A stretch of 64,000 nt of DNA. It comes from Picochlorum sp. SENEW3 (lineage: Eukaryota). The notes under the pieces were generated by a model. The model searched no databases. It saw only the letters and a program-made list of their open reading frames with translations, and was not told the DNA's origin. Positions 1-11,600 of this stretch are shown in pieces. Within the stretch, counting starts at the first letter, position 1. Each line of letters opens with the position of its first letter. A program made the translations under genes and the position numbers. The stretch covers positions 496,001 to 560,000 of the forward strand of contig CP120458.1 in assembly GCA_034226945.1 (NCBI GenBank), in the 5' to 3' direction.

Positions 1-840
1 TACCAGGTGAAGTATCGCCGTCGCCGAGAGGGAAAGACGGACTACAGAGCCCGTCTTCGCTTGTGTCGCCAAGATAAGAACAAATACAACACCCCAAAAT
101 ATCGTATGATTGTGAGATTCACCAACAGGGATATTGTATGCCAGATCGCCTATGCCACTCTGTCAGGCGACGTCATCGTCAGTGCGGCGTACTCACACGA
201 GTTGCCACGCTATGGCCTGAAAGCTGGACTCACAAACTACTCTGCTGCGTACTGCACTGGTCTTTTGTTGGCTAGACGCACATTGCAGAAGTTTGGGTTG
301 GACAAGGCGTATGAAGGTAACACTGAGGTTGATGACCTGGGAGAGGATTACACGGTGGAGGCGAACGAAGAGGGGCCAAGGCCATTCTACTGTATTCTTG
401 ATACAGGATTGAAGAGAACGAGTACAGGAAGCAAAGTCTTTGCTGCATTGAAGGGAGCTCTGGATGGTGGTCTTGACATCCCCCACAATGAGAAGAGGTT
501 TGCTGGATATGAGCCAGACGAGAAGGAGTTTGATGCGGAAATCATGCACAAATACATTTTTGGAGGACATGTAGCAGAGTACATGGAGGAAATGATTGAA
601 GAGGATCCGGAGAAATACCAGTCTCACTTTGCTGAGTACTTGAAGAATGGCATTGAGCCAGATAACTTGGAAGAGATGTACGAGTCTGTCCACGAGGCCA
701 TTAGAGCAGATCCATCTCCAGCTCAGAAGAAGGAGAAGTCCCAACCAACAAGTGGCACCAAGCAATGGAAAGCAAGGAAGCTCACCTACGACCAGAGGAA
801 AGAGAACCTCAAGGCCAAGCTTGCTGCTCTCATGGGATAA
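1..840 (+). CDS. RPL5: 60S ribosomal protein L5 (uL18), 5'-partial
   Basis: The frame is open from base 1 ([17 protein letters not shown]...[32 protein letters not shown]), the typical eukaryotic L5 sequence. Stop TAA ends at 840. Confidence 0.98.
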   Translation, partial: YQVKYRRRREGKTDYRARLRLCRQDKNKYNTPKYRMIVRFTNRDIVCQIAYATLSGDVIVSAAYSHELPRYGLKAGLTNYSAAYCTGLLLARRTLQKFGLDKAYEGNTEVDDLGEDYTVEANEEGPRPFYCILDTGLKRTSTGSKVFAALKGALDGGLDIPHNEKRFAGYEPDEKEFDAEIMHKYIFGGHVAEYMEEMIEEDPEKYQSHFAEYLKNGIEPDNLEEMYESVHEAIRADPSPAQKKEKSQPTSGTKQWKARKLTYDQRKENLKAKLAALMG

Positions 841-888
841 GATGATATTGCTCTGCGTGAGTGATTGGGTTTATATATATACATATCA

Positions 889-893
889 TGTAA
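889..893 (+). promoter_or_regulatory. TGTAA poly(A) signal of RPL5 (green-algal type)
   Basis: TGTAA lies ~50 nt after the stop. The same motif follows other genes, e.g. 37371-37375 after RPL7 and 964-968 on the minus strand. Confidence 0.6.
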
Positions 894-1085
894 GAGTTTC
901 ATACATAGTCTGGTTCTTTCTTGGTTTATCAAAAAAAAACCATCCTCATGCATTTTCATAAAGTTACAATGGTAAAAAAACAAAATTGATGACCTGAATG
1001 TTGCCATGTGCATGTCAGATCTGGTCACCCAGCAGATCGTCATATTCAATTCCACAAGGCTAGCATGTACGCTCAGTTCATCAAC

Positions 1086-1739
1086 TCATCGATGCAATTT
1101 GTCTAGAATACTTTCAAGATTCTTTATGAGGATTGGAATGTGCACATGTGAACCGTCAGTTGTAGACGGCCCCTTTGCAGAGAAGGCTATCCTCTCGCCA
1201 TTCAGTGATACATGGATTTGGTCCTCTGGGCTCATCTCTTCCTCGTATTCTTCCCCTTCGACAAGCACTTGAGGAAAACGCTCCTCAATACAATCTGCCA
1301 TCTCAATGAAATCGTCAACACGTGCCCGATCATACCTTACCAACACAGTCGGTGGAGGAGGCCGATCGAGCATGGATTTTCATGCAAAATGCCGCCCTTG
1401 CTTTGCAAACATGCTGTCTATAGGCGACACTCTACTCACTAAAGGTGCTCTTGAGATGCCCTCGGTCGATACTATGCGCAGAGTTGGTGCAGGAAGGTGT
1501 CGTGAAATACTACCACACAAGGTTCTAAAACTGTGGCCGCGACATCCAAATGCGCCATCATTCGGCAGCTCTCGAGACGTGATATGATTTTTAATACCAA
1601 TATTCGATGCAGAAGAGGGTGTTGTCCCTTCAATGCCGGGGAGGTGAGAGAAAGCACGCAAGCTTGCGTTCCTCAAGACGGTCTCCTCAAGTGGCCACTG
1701 CTGAACCGACCGAACCAAAAGGCTCCGGTATCGATTCAT
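1086..1739 (-). CDS. Putative organelle-targeted protein with a C-terminal Rdx/SelW-like domain; in-frame TGA at 1380-1382
   Basis: ORFs 1380..2027 and 1086..1373 are in the same frame, separated by TGA-AAA-TCC. From ATG 1739 the N-terminus is R/S-rich and transit-peptide-like. The C-terminus (TVLVRYD...FIEMADCIEERFPQVLVEG) resembles the Rdx fold but lacks CxxC/CxxU. Confidence 0.5.
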
Positions 1740-1877
1740 TACCGGTATTATTTTATGACGACGCACTGTACAGCTTTGGGCCACAACCAAGACATCAAAA
1801 AGAGTTCTGCGGCCACGATTACGAAGAAAACGGGACGTCGGGGATTCTTGAATAAAAATGTATAAAAATTCTGTTGG

Positions 1878-1979
1878 TATCCCGCATGGGGTTCGAACCC
1901 ACGACCTTCGCTTGTATCCACCGCCACACGAGGTACTTGCGGTCCGGAGAGCGACGCTCTTCCACTGAGCTAGCGGGAC
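1878..1979 (-). tRNA. trnR-CCG: tRNA-Arg(CCG) with a 30-nt intron at the canonical 37/38 position (intron 1914-1943)
   Basis: Full cloverleaf: acceptor GTCCCGC/GCGGGAT, D-arm GCTC-AGTGGAA-GAGC, anticodon stem TCGCT/AGCGA with CT-CCG-G, T-arm GTGGG-TTCGAAC-CCCAT. A TTTTT Pol III terminator follows at ~1864-1868. Confidence 0.95.
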
Positions 1980-2301
1980 TTGCGAGCGGTGTCCAGTCCC
2001 CAGACATGCTGGTACGGACACGCACAAAAATCACTCGATATTGCAATATTTCAACGAATAGGATGCTCAGACTTATGCGCCCTGCTCAAAACGACGGGTT
2101 TTGAAGCCATTTAGCACTTGTAAGGGTATGTAAATAGATGCATAGAAGGATTCCTGTCACCTGCCATCCATAGAACTCATGAAATCCTGGTGCATATCTG
2201 TGAGGATGTTTTCACAGGACAGAGACCCAGCAGCAGAGTAGTAGTAGCAGTAGTACAAACAAATACAAGTATATATTATATCACACAAGAAGAAGAATCA
2301 A

Positions 2302-3438
2302 CTACTGTTTCTGCTCATTGCCTTTCAAGAAGGAGATGAGTGACTCAATCTCACTTTGCGAGAAGTTGGACACTAATTGGACCAAATCCTCAGAAGGCTT
2401 GCCAACGGGAATCTGCACAGGTGGGCTGATTTCAACGCCACTCTTCGACTGCTGGTTCAGCAACGTTTCCAATATTTGCCTTTGCTCGCTGTTCAATGAA
2501 CTTGAAGCCGAGGTGAACGAGAGGTCCAGAATATCTGATGAATTCCCATTCCCCATCATCATCCTCTTGGAGTTGGAGGATGAGAATCCTCCTGGAGGCA
2601 ATAAATTTTGCGATGCAGACTGCAACAAACTGTAAAAGTCTCCCATCGCCATTTGCTGTGATGGGGTTCCAGTCATCCGTGGAGCTCCCAGCGGCCAACT
2701 CGATAGGTATTGCCGCATCACATCAGAAGCCTCGAGAATGTCCTTGGGAAATATAGAATGACTGGTATTCACACCAGTTGATTTGGTATTGTCCAGGGAC
2801 GAGTGTGACATCTGACCTGCTTTGAAAAGATTATGATACCGCGAGTCTTTGGGCAACAATGGGTCAATGTGCCTCCTCAGCATGTCTGCTGGCCCTGCAG
2901 AGAGATCATCCGTGCTCCTCTGATCAAATGGCGTGGGAAGCGAGCTTCCACCATCTAACGTGGGTACACCTGCACCTACATGTGTTTGGTCACGAGTTTG
3001 CATTGCAGGTTCACGTCGCTGCCTCACAGAAGACCTCTCTGATGAACTCGCCTCAATCATCGTGTGCGTCCGTGTACCCCGCTTCACCCCCACAAGAGTC
3101 ACTGGAGCCGCATCATGAACCAGACTAGGGTGCTTCCTGCACAATGCACTCCATCTATTCTTCGCTGCATTATCAGTCCGATCCCCAAATCTTCTACTAA
3201 TCTCTGTCCATTTATTCCCCAGCTCCTTGTGGTACCGTATAAGCTTCTGGTCCTCCTCCTCAGACCACGTCGTCGTCTTTGCATTGATCGTCAACGCATT
3301 CTTCCACCTCCGCCGACACTGCTTCCCCGTTTTCGTCTCCATTTCTCTCGCAATGTCAGCCCACTTATTCTCCCCAATCCTCCTCACAAGCCCCCTGAGT
3401 TTCTCATCTTCTTCCCGTGTCCAAACCAACGTGGGCAT
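2302..3438 (-). CDS. R2R3-type MYB transcription factor
   Basis: Two MYB repeats (WTREEDEKL...W..IA...KTGKQCRRRW; WSEEEDQKL...GNKW..IS..FGDRTDNAAKNRW) followed by a low-complexity C-terminus. Start taken at MPTLVW. Confidence 0.92.
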   Translation of the reverse strand: MPTLVWTREEDEKLRGLVRRIGENKWADIAREMETKTGKQCRRRWKNALTINAKTTTWSEEEDQKLIRYHKELGNKWTEISRRFGDRTDNAAKNRWSALCRKHPSLVHDAAPVTLVGVKRGTRTHTMIEASSSERSSVRQRREPAMQTRDQTHVGAGVPTLDGGSSLPTPFDQRSTDDLSAGPADMLRRHIDPLLPKDSRYHNLFKAGQMSHSSLDNTKSTGVNTSHSIFPKDILEASDVMRQYLSSWPLGAPRMTGTPSQQMAMGDFYSLLQSASQNLLPPGGFSSSNSKRMMMGNGNSSDILDLSFTSASSSLNSEQRQILETLLNQQSKSGVEISPPVQIPVGKPSEDLVQLVSNFSQSEIESLISFLKGNEQKQ

Positions 3439-3970
3439 TTGATACACCTCGCTTGCTCTCACACACGTATATAAATCTGCACATACAGTGCACAATATTG
3501 TATCGAATATGCCCAGTCGTCTCGTTGATTCCCAACCCCCCTACCCACGTGAAACAGAAACAAACCACCCTCGGCATCCCCATGCCATCTGTCTGTAACC
3601 CACCTTGAAAGTTTTTAATAAATCAATGCTCCTAAATATCACGCAAGGGTAATAAAGGCCTGTTTCAATCGGAAATGGAATGAAACTTTCGCACTGGTTT
3701 CATGAAGTCGACAGTGCCCAGAGATCTCCTTTCTTTGTACATCTATAATCAAAATAATGTATATAAAATGCATCAACCCAGGCAATGCATTGTTGTATTT
3801 GGTAGAACAAGGCCAAGATCTCAGAAGAGTCTGGGTACATCACCAGGATGGCTGTGAGTATTTGTAAGAGACGAGCATGACCTATTTTTGTGATACTATT
3901 CATGTATCTGTCTTCTTGTCTCTAACGAAGCAGCAGCAGCAGCAGAAGGAAGAAGAAGAACCAGAACAAG

Positions 3971-5231
3971 ATGTCTTCTGCTGACACGGAAGCAGTTGAT
4001 GACCAAAAAGTGTCTCAGTTTTGTGCAGTGACTGGAGCAGATGTGTCAAAGGCTTTACAGGTACTACAAGCGACAGATTTTAATCTGCAAGATGCTATAG
4101 AGCTATTCTTTGCGAGTGGAGAAGGGCAGGGTGGGGTTTCACCTGTGTTGAGGGAGGAGGAACGAGCGACGCAGTTACAAACGCATGGCGGGGAGGAGGT
4201 TCGAGCACCCATGCCAACCAAGGTTGATCGGTTGTATGGGGATGCTTATGGGACGGAGGTGGGTGGGTCTGGGCGTGAGGGTACGTCGGGTGCTTCCATT
4301 GTGGATGCATTCAGAAAGAGACTGGAGGAGCCTGGGAGCTCGCATGGCGATGGCAGGCTGTCTTCGATGTTTGAGCCTCCGAGAGGGATTCTATGTACTG
4401 GTGGGTTTGAGCAGGCGAAACAAGAGGCGCAGAGGAGGAATCGGTGGTTGGTGGTGAACATTCAGTCTCCATCCAACTTTGATAGTCATCGGCTAAATAG
4501 GGATACGTGGAGGGATGGAACCATACAGGCATTGGTGGAAGCGTATTTTATACTTTTTCAGACGTATGATATCGCGGAGCAAGGGCAAGAGTTGATGGCG
4601 TATTATGATGTAGAAGAGTTGCCTGTGATTTTGGTTGTTGACCCAGTGACTGGGGCTCCCATGAGGAGGTGGTATCGGTTTATAGAGGCCGTTGATCTTG
4701 CTGAGAATTTTATACCTTTTACGGAAATTTCGTTTGATGATCCTCGGGCAGCTCGCTTGGCAGCCTCGTCTATGAGGAAGAGGCATGGTGGGGTGAGTGT
4801 TTTAGAATCTGGAGGGCAGGAGGAATCATTTCCTTCCATGACAGAGATGGACGAAGATGAAGAATGTCCCGAGGAAAAGGCCCAGGAGGCAATGGAGTCC
4901 CTACCACCTGAGGAATCAGGGAGTGGAACATGTAGGATTGGTATGTTGTATTTGTCTTGTGGACTATACATGTTGTGCAATCAAACCCATGTTACTGCTC
5001 GCAGGTATCCGTCTGCCAGATGGCATGAGGATTCAAAGGCGATTTCCAACGAACATGCCTGTGTCTGTTCTGAAAACATGGTGTATATCTGAGAATCTGG
5101 ATGCTGCAGCAGGGAAACCTTTTGTCCTCGTGCGAGCAGAACCAGGCTCGTTGCCACTCGACGATTGGTCGAGGTCCATCGATGAAAGCGGTGTTGCAAA
5201 CTGCATGCTACAGATGAGATGGCACGAGTAA
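3971..5231 (+). CDS. UBA-UAS-UBX domain protein (PUX7/UBXN7-like); intron 4941-5004
   Basis: N-terminal UBA-like region, UAS domain (WLVVNIQ...FDSHRLNRDTW) and UBX domain (RIGIRLPDG.RIQRRF) joined across a GT..AG intron. Confidence 0.92.
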
Positions 5232-5496
5232 CCTTGACGAGGGACACCAAGTGCATCATGCACAGCGTATTCGCATGCAACATGCAGGTCCCATCAAATA
5301 GACATGTTGATGGGATGAGAGCGTCGTGCATGTGCGCGTCGAGGACGTCGTAACAATGCACGAATCCTGCAATTTATACTTGCGAAAGGCTCAGCAACAG
5401 CATTAAAAATTCATATTAATCGGTACATATAGTACGGAGATCGATTGACCTTGTAAGGGTCGTATTATTCTTGTCCTTTTACCAACGAATCAAACG

Positions 5497-6492
5497 ATGG
5501 CGCCCCGAGCTCCAGCCAAAAAGGTGCGAGATAGCGTGTACACCTCCTCCGTAGGTATTTCTGATGTCTATTGGGGTATTCTAGTAGTCTGATTTTGGTT
5601 GTGTCGGTTTCTGTTGTCGTTTGTCTTGGGTGTGAGCATACCAGTGATCCGAGACGGAGCATAACAACCGCGCAACGGGTTTCCAAGGGTATTCCCATTT
5701 GTCTGATTTGACAAGCCTAGACGCTCGCATATACGTGTTTATATTCAAATATTGTTCAAGCATGGCATTCAATCGGTGCAGGGCGCAACAGTAGCCACGA
5801 AGAAGAAGGCACCAGCTGCAAGGAAAGCAGTCACCAAAAAGACTGCTGCTGCTGCGAAGAAAAAGGCTCCGGCGACAAAGAAGAAGGCTCCAGCAAAGAA
5901 GACTGCTGCTGCTACTGGAGTGAAAAAGACTACGGCGACAAAGAAAAAGGCCCCAGCAAAGAAGACTGCTACTACCGCTGTCAAGAAAACACCAGTGAAG
6001 AAGGCCGCTGTCAGTGCCAAGAAGACTGCCGCAGCAACAAAGAAGAAGACACCAGCAAAGAAAACGACTGCCGCTGTCAAGAAGACAACAGCAACCAAGA
6101 AGGCCACTGCTGCAGCAACAAAGAAGAAGACACCAGCAAAGAAGGCTGCTGCTGCTACTGCTGTGAAGAAGACAACAACAACTAAGAAGAAGGCCCCAGC
6201 AAAGAAAACTGCTGCAGCAACTAAAAAGAAGGCCCCAGCAAAGAAAACTGCTGCCGCTGCTACAAAGAAGACCGCAGCAGCAACTAAGAAAAAGGCCCCA
6301 GCCAAGAAAACTGCTGCCGCTGCTACAAAGAAGACCGCCGCAGCAACTAAAAAGAAGACCCCAGCCAAGAAGGCTGCTCCTGCAAAGAAGACTACTGCGG
6401 CAACAAAGAAGAAGACACCAGCAAAGAAAGCTCCAGTCAAGAAAGCCGCCACAAAGAAGGCAGCAACCAAGAAATCATCACGAACAAAGTAG
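5497..6492 (+). CDS. Histone H1-like Lys/Ala/Thr-repeat protein lacking a globular domain; intron 5524-5781
   Basis: Exon 1 MAPRAPAKK|GTGCG splices in frame at TGCAG 5781 into about 235 aa of KKTAAATKKKAPA-type repeats. Confidence 0.8.
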
Positions 6493-6609
6493 TAGTAGAG
6501 CTTCTACATGAATTCTTGTTTCCAGGAAATTTGACATATATGACTCTCTTACATTCAAATTACATTTGTAGTTCCTCTATCTAGTAATGACTCCTTCTTG
6601 TGATATACC

Positions 6610-7151
6610 TCATTTTTTTGGTTCCAACTGCACATTGGGATTTGTCAGCAAATCCGATTCATCTACTGGTATCCGCAGGCCATCTCGCTCCACCACCTCG
6701 GGGAGGGGCACACTATTCACTTGAGAGGCAATCATACCCACCGTATGCAACGGTGGAGCATCTACAAACGTGTGATGGCTCTGCAACTTCATGGCTATCG
6801 CCACATCATCAGTCCCTATTGTATTGGTCTCTGCATGCATTTCTTTCGAAATCTCCTGCACCCATCATCCATTCATTATTGACATGGTTCCACCATGTCA
6901 AAGAAATCAACGCACCTGTGCATCCTGTAGCACATTCGACGTGTATCCATACATGAAGCTCACGAGTTGGTCTACTACTCGACAATCATAATCCTCAACT
7001 TTCTACGCATACAGAGCAAATATGTGTCATTAAAAACATTAAAAACATGCCAATGTAAAGAATAACTTACAGCAGAGTCCAAAACATCACAAATTACTTG
7101 GACATCCCCAGGCAAAGGACCCCCTTTACAAGTATCCTCCTCGGATGGCAT
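6610..7151 (-). CDS. TAF9: TFIID subunit 9 (histone fold); two introns
   Basis: Spliced product MPSEEDTCKGGPLPGDVQVICDVLDSA|KVEDYDCRVVDQLVSFMYGYTSNVLQDAQ|EIS...DDVAIA...PP.....IASQVNSVPLP...GLRIP matches the TAF9 pattern. Confidence 0.88.
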
Positions 7152-7380
7152 ACTACCTACTTCCTTTAATGTGAATATCGTAATTTTTAAATGAGGTATA
7201 AGCCATGCTTTGGCGTGGATATCCCTTATCCTCTTCTCAATGAGAAGTTCTCACTTCGGAAGCCTCTAGGATTCCTAGACCAGGAAACGATGGCCATCTC
7301 ATCATGGGCCGAATCCACCTTACTAAAAAATAAAGAGATACCCGCATCTCAGATTCATCTGAAAAGAAAGATGAATCCAT

Positions 7381-8406
7381 ATGATGACAATACACGGGTC
7401 ATCGGTCGTACTTTTCACCAGAGCAGCAAGGCCTTTGTACTTTGTTCAAAATAGTGCTAGCAGTAGGCACGCATGTCGTGATGCCCATACAGGGGGGCAT
7501 GCAGTCGTGTATCATAAAGACTTTAGGATACAGCCTCTTCCTCTGGATCACAAATTTCCAATGCCAAAGGATGCGTTATTGTACCAGCATCTGGTCTCCA
7601 TTGGGTTGGCAACAAACACATTGACACCCACAGCACCAGATGCTGATACCCTTGGCCTTGTTCACGAGCGCTCGTATATCGATGCATTTCTATCAGGTAC
7701 TATACGTGAGGAGTATATGAGAAGGATTGGGTTGCCCTGGTCTCGTCAACTGGTTCGAAGGACTCTGATTGGTGTGGGCAGTGCTCTGGAAGCTGCGAGG
7801 CATGCTGTTGAACACAATACTGTCGCGTGCATGACCAATGGAGGCACTCACCACGCCCATAAAGGCCACGGAAGTGGGTGGTGTATTTTCAATGATCAGG
7901 CTATCGCAGCAAAGTATGTTCAAAAGCACCATGGTGTTGGCAATGTCCTCTTTGTGGACCTGGATGTCCATCAAGGAGATGGAACTGCAAGCATTTTCTT
8001 CGACGATCCGTCCGTGTATACATTCTCAATTCACTGTGCAGACCAATATTTTCCCCGTCAATTACAATGTAGCAATATGGATGTTGCACTCCCATCCGGA
8101 TGTTCAGACGATGAGTACATGGATACTTTGGTGCCAGCACTCGAGGACATTCTACACACCTATCAGTTTGACCTTGTCATGTACAATGCAGGCGTCGATG
8201 TACATGCTGATGACTCTCTGGGTAAGATGAGTCTGACCGACGAGGGTATCGAGCGCAGGGATAGATACGTGCTGACCACGTGTGCCGAGAAGGGCATCCC
8301 TGTTGCCTGTGCCATTGGTGGAGGGTATGCAGTCAACCATGCTTCAATCGTGATGAGACATGCAATTCTCCACCGAGTAGCATCTCAAATATATACATTA
8401 TATTAA
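7381..8406 (+). CDS. Zn-dependent histone deacetylase family protein (class IV/AcuC-like), intronless
   Basis: Motifs HKFPMPK, GGTHHAH, G.G.C.FND, DLDVHQGDG, AGVD.H.DD.LG and GGGY are all intact. Confidence 0.95.
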   Translation: MMTIHGSSVVLFTRAARPLYFVQNSASSRHACRDAHTGGHAVVYHKDFRIQPLPLDHKFPMPKDALLYQHLVSIGLATNTLTPTAPDADTLGLVHERSYIDAFLSGTIREEYMRRIGLPWSRQLVRRTLIGVGSALEAARHAVEHNTVACMTNGGTHHAHKGHGSGWCIFNDQAIAAKYVQKHHGVGNVLFVDLDVHQGDGTASIFFDDPSVYTFSIHCADQYFPRQLQCSNMDVALPSGCSDDEYMDTLVPALEDILHTYQFDLVMYNAGVDVHADDSLGKMSLTDEGIERRDRYVLTTCAEKGIPVACAIGGGYAVNHASIVMRHAILHRVASQIYTLY

Positions 8407-8661
8407 ATTAATGGGTTATATCTGAAGGAAAATCCGATAAAGCACTGTAACTCGTTCCATTTTCGAATTCTGATTGATTGCTGCCTTTGTGTTTCGGCAT
8501 TTATATCCCTGGATCGGAGCACATCGTGTTTATTAAGAAAATAGACAATATAGATCCTTTTTTTGGCATATCCATGCGCGGTAGATCTGTCTAATCGAGA
8601 GTATAGCAGCACGTGGTTCATTCCCAGAGGGGTGTTCAAATCTGAGAAAGCGTTGGAAATC

Positions 8662-11600
8662 ATGCCGTGTATATGGAATGACTGGCTGCCCAAGGCAATA
8701 TCTGATGAGATAAAGCACGGTATGTTTGTGGTGATTGCGGTTGTTGTTATGCCAGATATCCTTACCGAGACTTGTGAGGACGTGCAGAGGAGCCAAAGAG
8801 GTTTGCCAGGCTGATTGATCAAATCTGCATTGGATGGAGCCCTGAGGCTGATGCAGAGCAGGTGAACAAGATTTTGTCATATGTTCCTCTTATCAGGGCC
8901 ATGCTGGATGCCAAGGCTGATCCAGGGGTGGCGTACATGCAAAAGCTGGCTGAGACGTTGTTTGATATTGTGCTGTGTTCTGAGGATGATTTGACTGTTC
9001 AAGCACGGTGGGGAGGAATATTGCATCGGATTCTGCGAAGTCATGGAAAGAAGATGGACTTGAAGATTTCGTGGAAACCATTGTATAGCATGCTGCGGCG
9101 GCATCACCTAGTTTGCAGCTGCAACTATGAGGGTGCGGGCGTGGTGGAAGCTCGGCGGCAGGCTCTGGTGCACTTGGTGCACCAATCGCGCAGGTTCTTT
9201 CACCCTGAAACGGCACGAGAAGTATGGGAGCATTTCAGACCACTTTTAGCGAGTGATCCACATTCACCGGAAGCAATGGAGTCGATCGGGTGGCTCTGTA
9301 TGATGTTGCCAACTCAAGAAGCAACAAAAGGCCAGGGTGATTGGGCAGCCTGGATGACAGAATGGATGGATATCTGGGGACAGAGAGTGCATAATCAAAC
9401 ATGGCAATCGTTGTGGTTCTCTCTCATAGCTCGACTGGCGAAGCATGATGTTCATGGTCTGGTTGATTGGCACAGCATTGTCGGATTGATGGTGAACAGG
9501 TTTCTGTGGGCATTCAATGTGCCTGTAGGACCAGCATCGGCAAACCCTCCATTCAGCGCCGGAGCGCCGGCGATCATCGAAGCATTATTTGCGAATGATA
9601 TGCAGTCTAGATCGGCTTCAATCGCCAAAGCTCTGATATATTCCATCGGCAGAGACAATGTGACCTCGGAGGCCATGGAGATGGAAAACAGAGACCCTGG
9701 TTTGGTGTGCTTGGAGACTGCTGTAGCCATGTTTGAGCAATACTATCATCCGTCGAATGGCGGAAAGTGGTCTTCTAGTTTGGCCATGTTTATGAGAGAG
9801 CTTGCGTTTCATCTTTGTAGAAGGCTTGTCGCGGAACATTCTGTTCTAGTGTCGTCATTTGACATTGGTATGGACTCTGGGGGAGAAAGTGAAGAGGAGC
9901 CATCGGATGAGGAGGACGATGAGAGCGTGGGGACGGCCGAGGATGGGGTCGACAGCTCGGTAACAGATGAGGATATTGCTGCTGGTGGGATGGATGGCAT
10001 GGAATCATCATCCAAACCCCTCAATGGAAAATTTCCCCGTCGGCATCTTACTGCTGAGACACGGATGGCCATTGTGAAACTCGTGATGAGACTGGCCCTC
10101 AAGGGACAATCTGGGAAAGACTCAATCATGAGGCGTTATTCGTCACAGGTTCTTTGCATGCTAGCAAATATTGAACCCCGTATTGTACTACCAGAAGTAG
10201 AAAGGCACTTTGTGACTGCACTTGAGACCATAACTGCTGCGAAACAGTATGGCAATGCCATCCAAACTCTATCCCTATGTGTTAGGCCGATGCTTCTCGC
10301 AGGGATACCTCCGCATCCAGTTGATTCTATGGATGTAGAAGGTGAGTCAGATGCCGTTCGTAGGTTGAATGCAATCCAGTGCATCAGAACAGCCCTGACC
10401 TCAACATTGCCTGGTATTGATGCGAATGATCCTCCAAAAAGTCTTGCTGTCTTTAGGTTGTACTGCTGTGTGCTGAGCTGTGTGGGGGCCGTCGATAATT
10501 TTCATACGTGTCTCTATTCCGAGGAATGGGTGGTTGACCTCCTTGCCAGAATATTCACAGTGTTGTCGAATTTGGACTCTCCTGGGTCTGGAGGAGAGCA
10601 CAACAGCCATCCAGGCAGCCAACAGGAGGAGGAAGCATCCTTTCTGCTGGACGGAAATTCCATGTTTAGACCTCTGATCGAGCTTTTGTTCGCCAGAGTT
10701 GATAAAGACCTCAGAAAGAGGCTTGTGAGGCAGACATCTGAGTATCTTCTTGGGAACACATTTTCTTCGGTGGCTCCAGAGGCAGCCATTCTCTGCAATT
10801 CAATGGCTTGGGCCGATCCAGAAGAAACTGAAAAATGTATTCTTGCACCTCTGATTTCAAAGCTTCTAGAGGAATGTGATGCAATAAAGCAAGGGGGGCA
10901 AGATTTCTTTGGAGCCTCTGTGCCGCGATTGAGCAAAGTTCAGGAAACGACATTAGCTTGGAGGCTAGGCTTGATGTCTTCTCTGGTGTATCACATGGGT
11001 CAGCAGGCTTCAGTGCATAAAAACGATATAAACTGTATATTTTCTGTCTTGCTGAGGTTTCCCTCTCCATCAGTCCAAAGTGCTGCTTCCAGGTGCCTGT
11101 CGTCACTGTTGATAGGTCTGGTTTCATTTTATCCATTGCATCAGTACGCCCCTGCACCAATCAAGCTGGAGCAAGATGGACTATGTTTAGAACCATTTGT
11201 AGACAAATTTGGTGAGTGGGATTTATCAGAGCATAGCAAAATAAATGGATTCCATGGCTGGAAGGATTCCTCTGCTCTTCCAGTCTGGCATGAGCCTTGC
11301 CAGTCCGAGGTTAGTCTTGCTGAACAGATCCTGGCGACGTTTTTACAAAATCCAAAGGATCGTCTGAGAGAACTGGCTTCACAAAGTGAGCCAATAAACA
11401 AGCAAGAAGTCCGATACCTTCTGAATTCTATTGAGGGTGTGATTGAGGGTGCGAGGAGCTGCCTGCCTGATTTTGAGGAATTCCGGAATCCTGAAAGGGG
11501 CGATGAGGCGGCAATCGTGGGAAAAAGCGGTGTTACGATCGGGCATGGTGGAATTAGATCGCAGGTGACGGAGGCGCTGGTATCTCTTGCCAAGTTGGTT

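Noticed and set aside
5769..6470. 233-aa hydrophobic (A/F/V) antisense ORF that looks like a membrane protein
   Set aside because: It is the mirror image of the K/A/T codon repeats of the H1-like gene, so stops are absent by composition.
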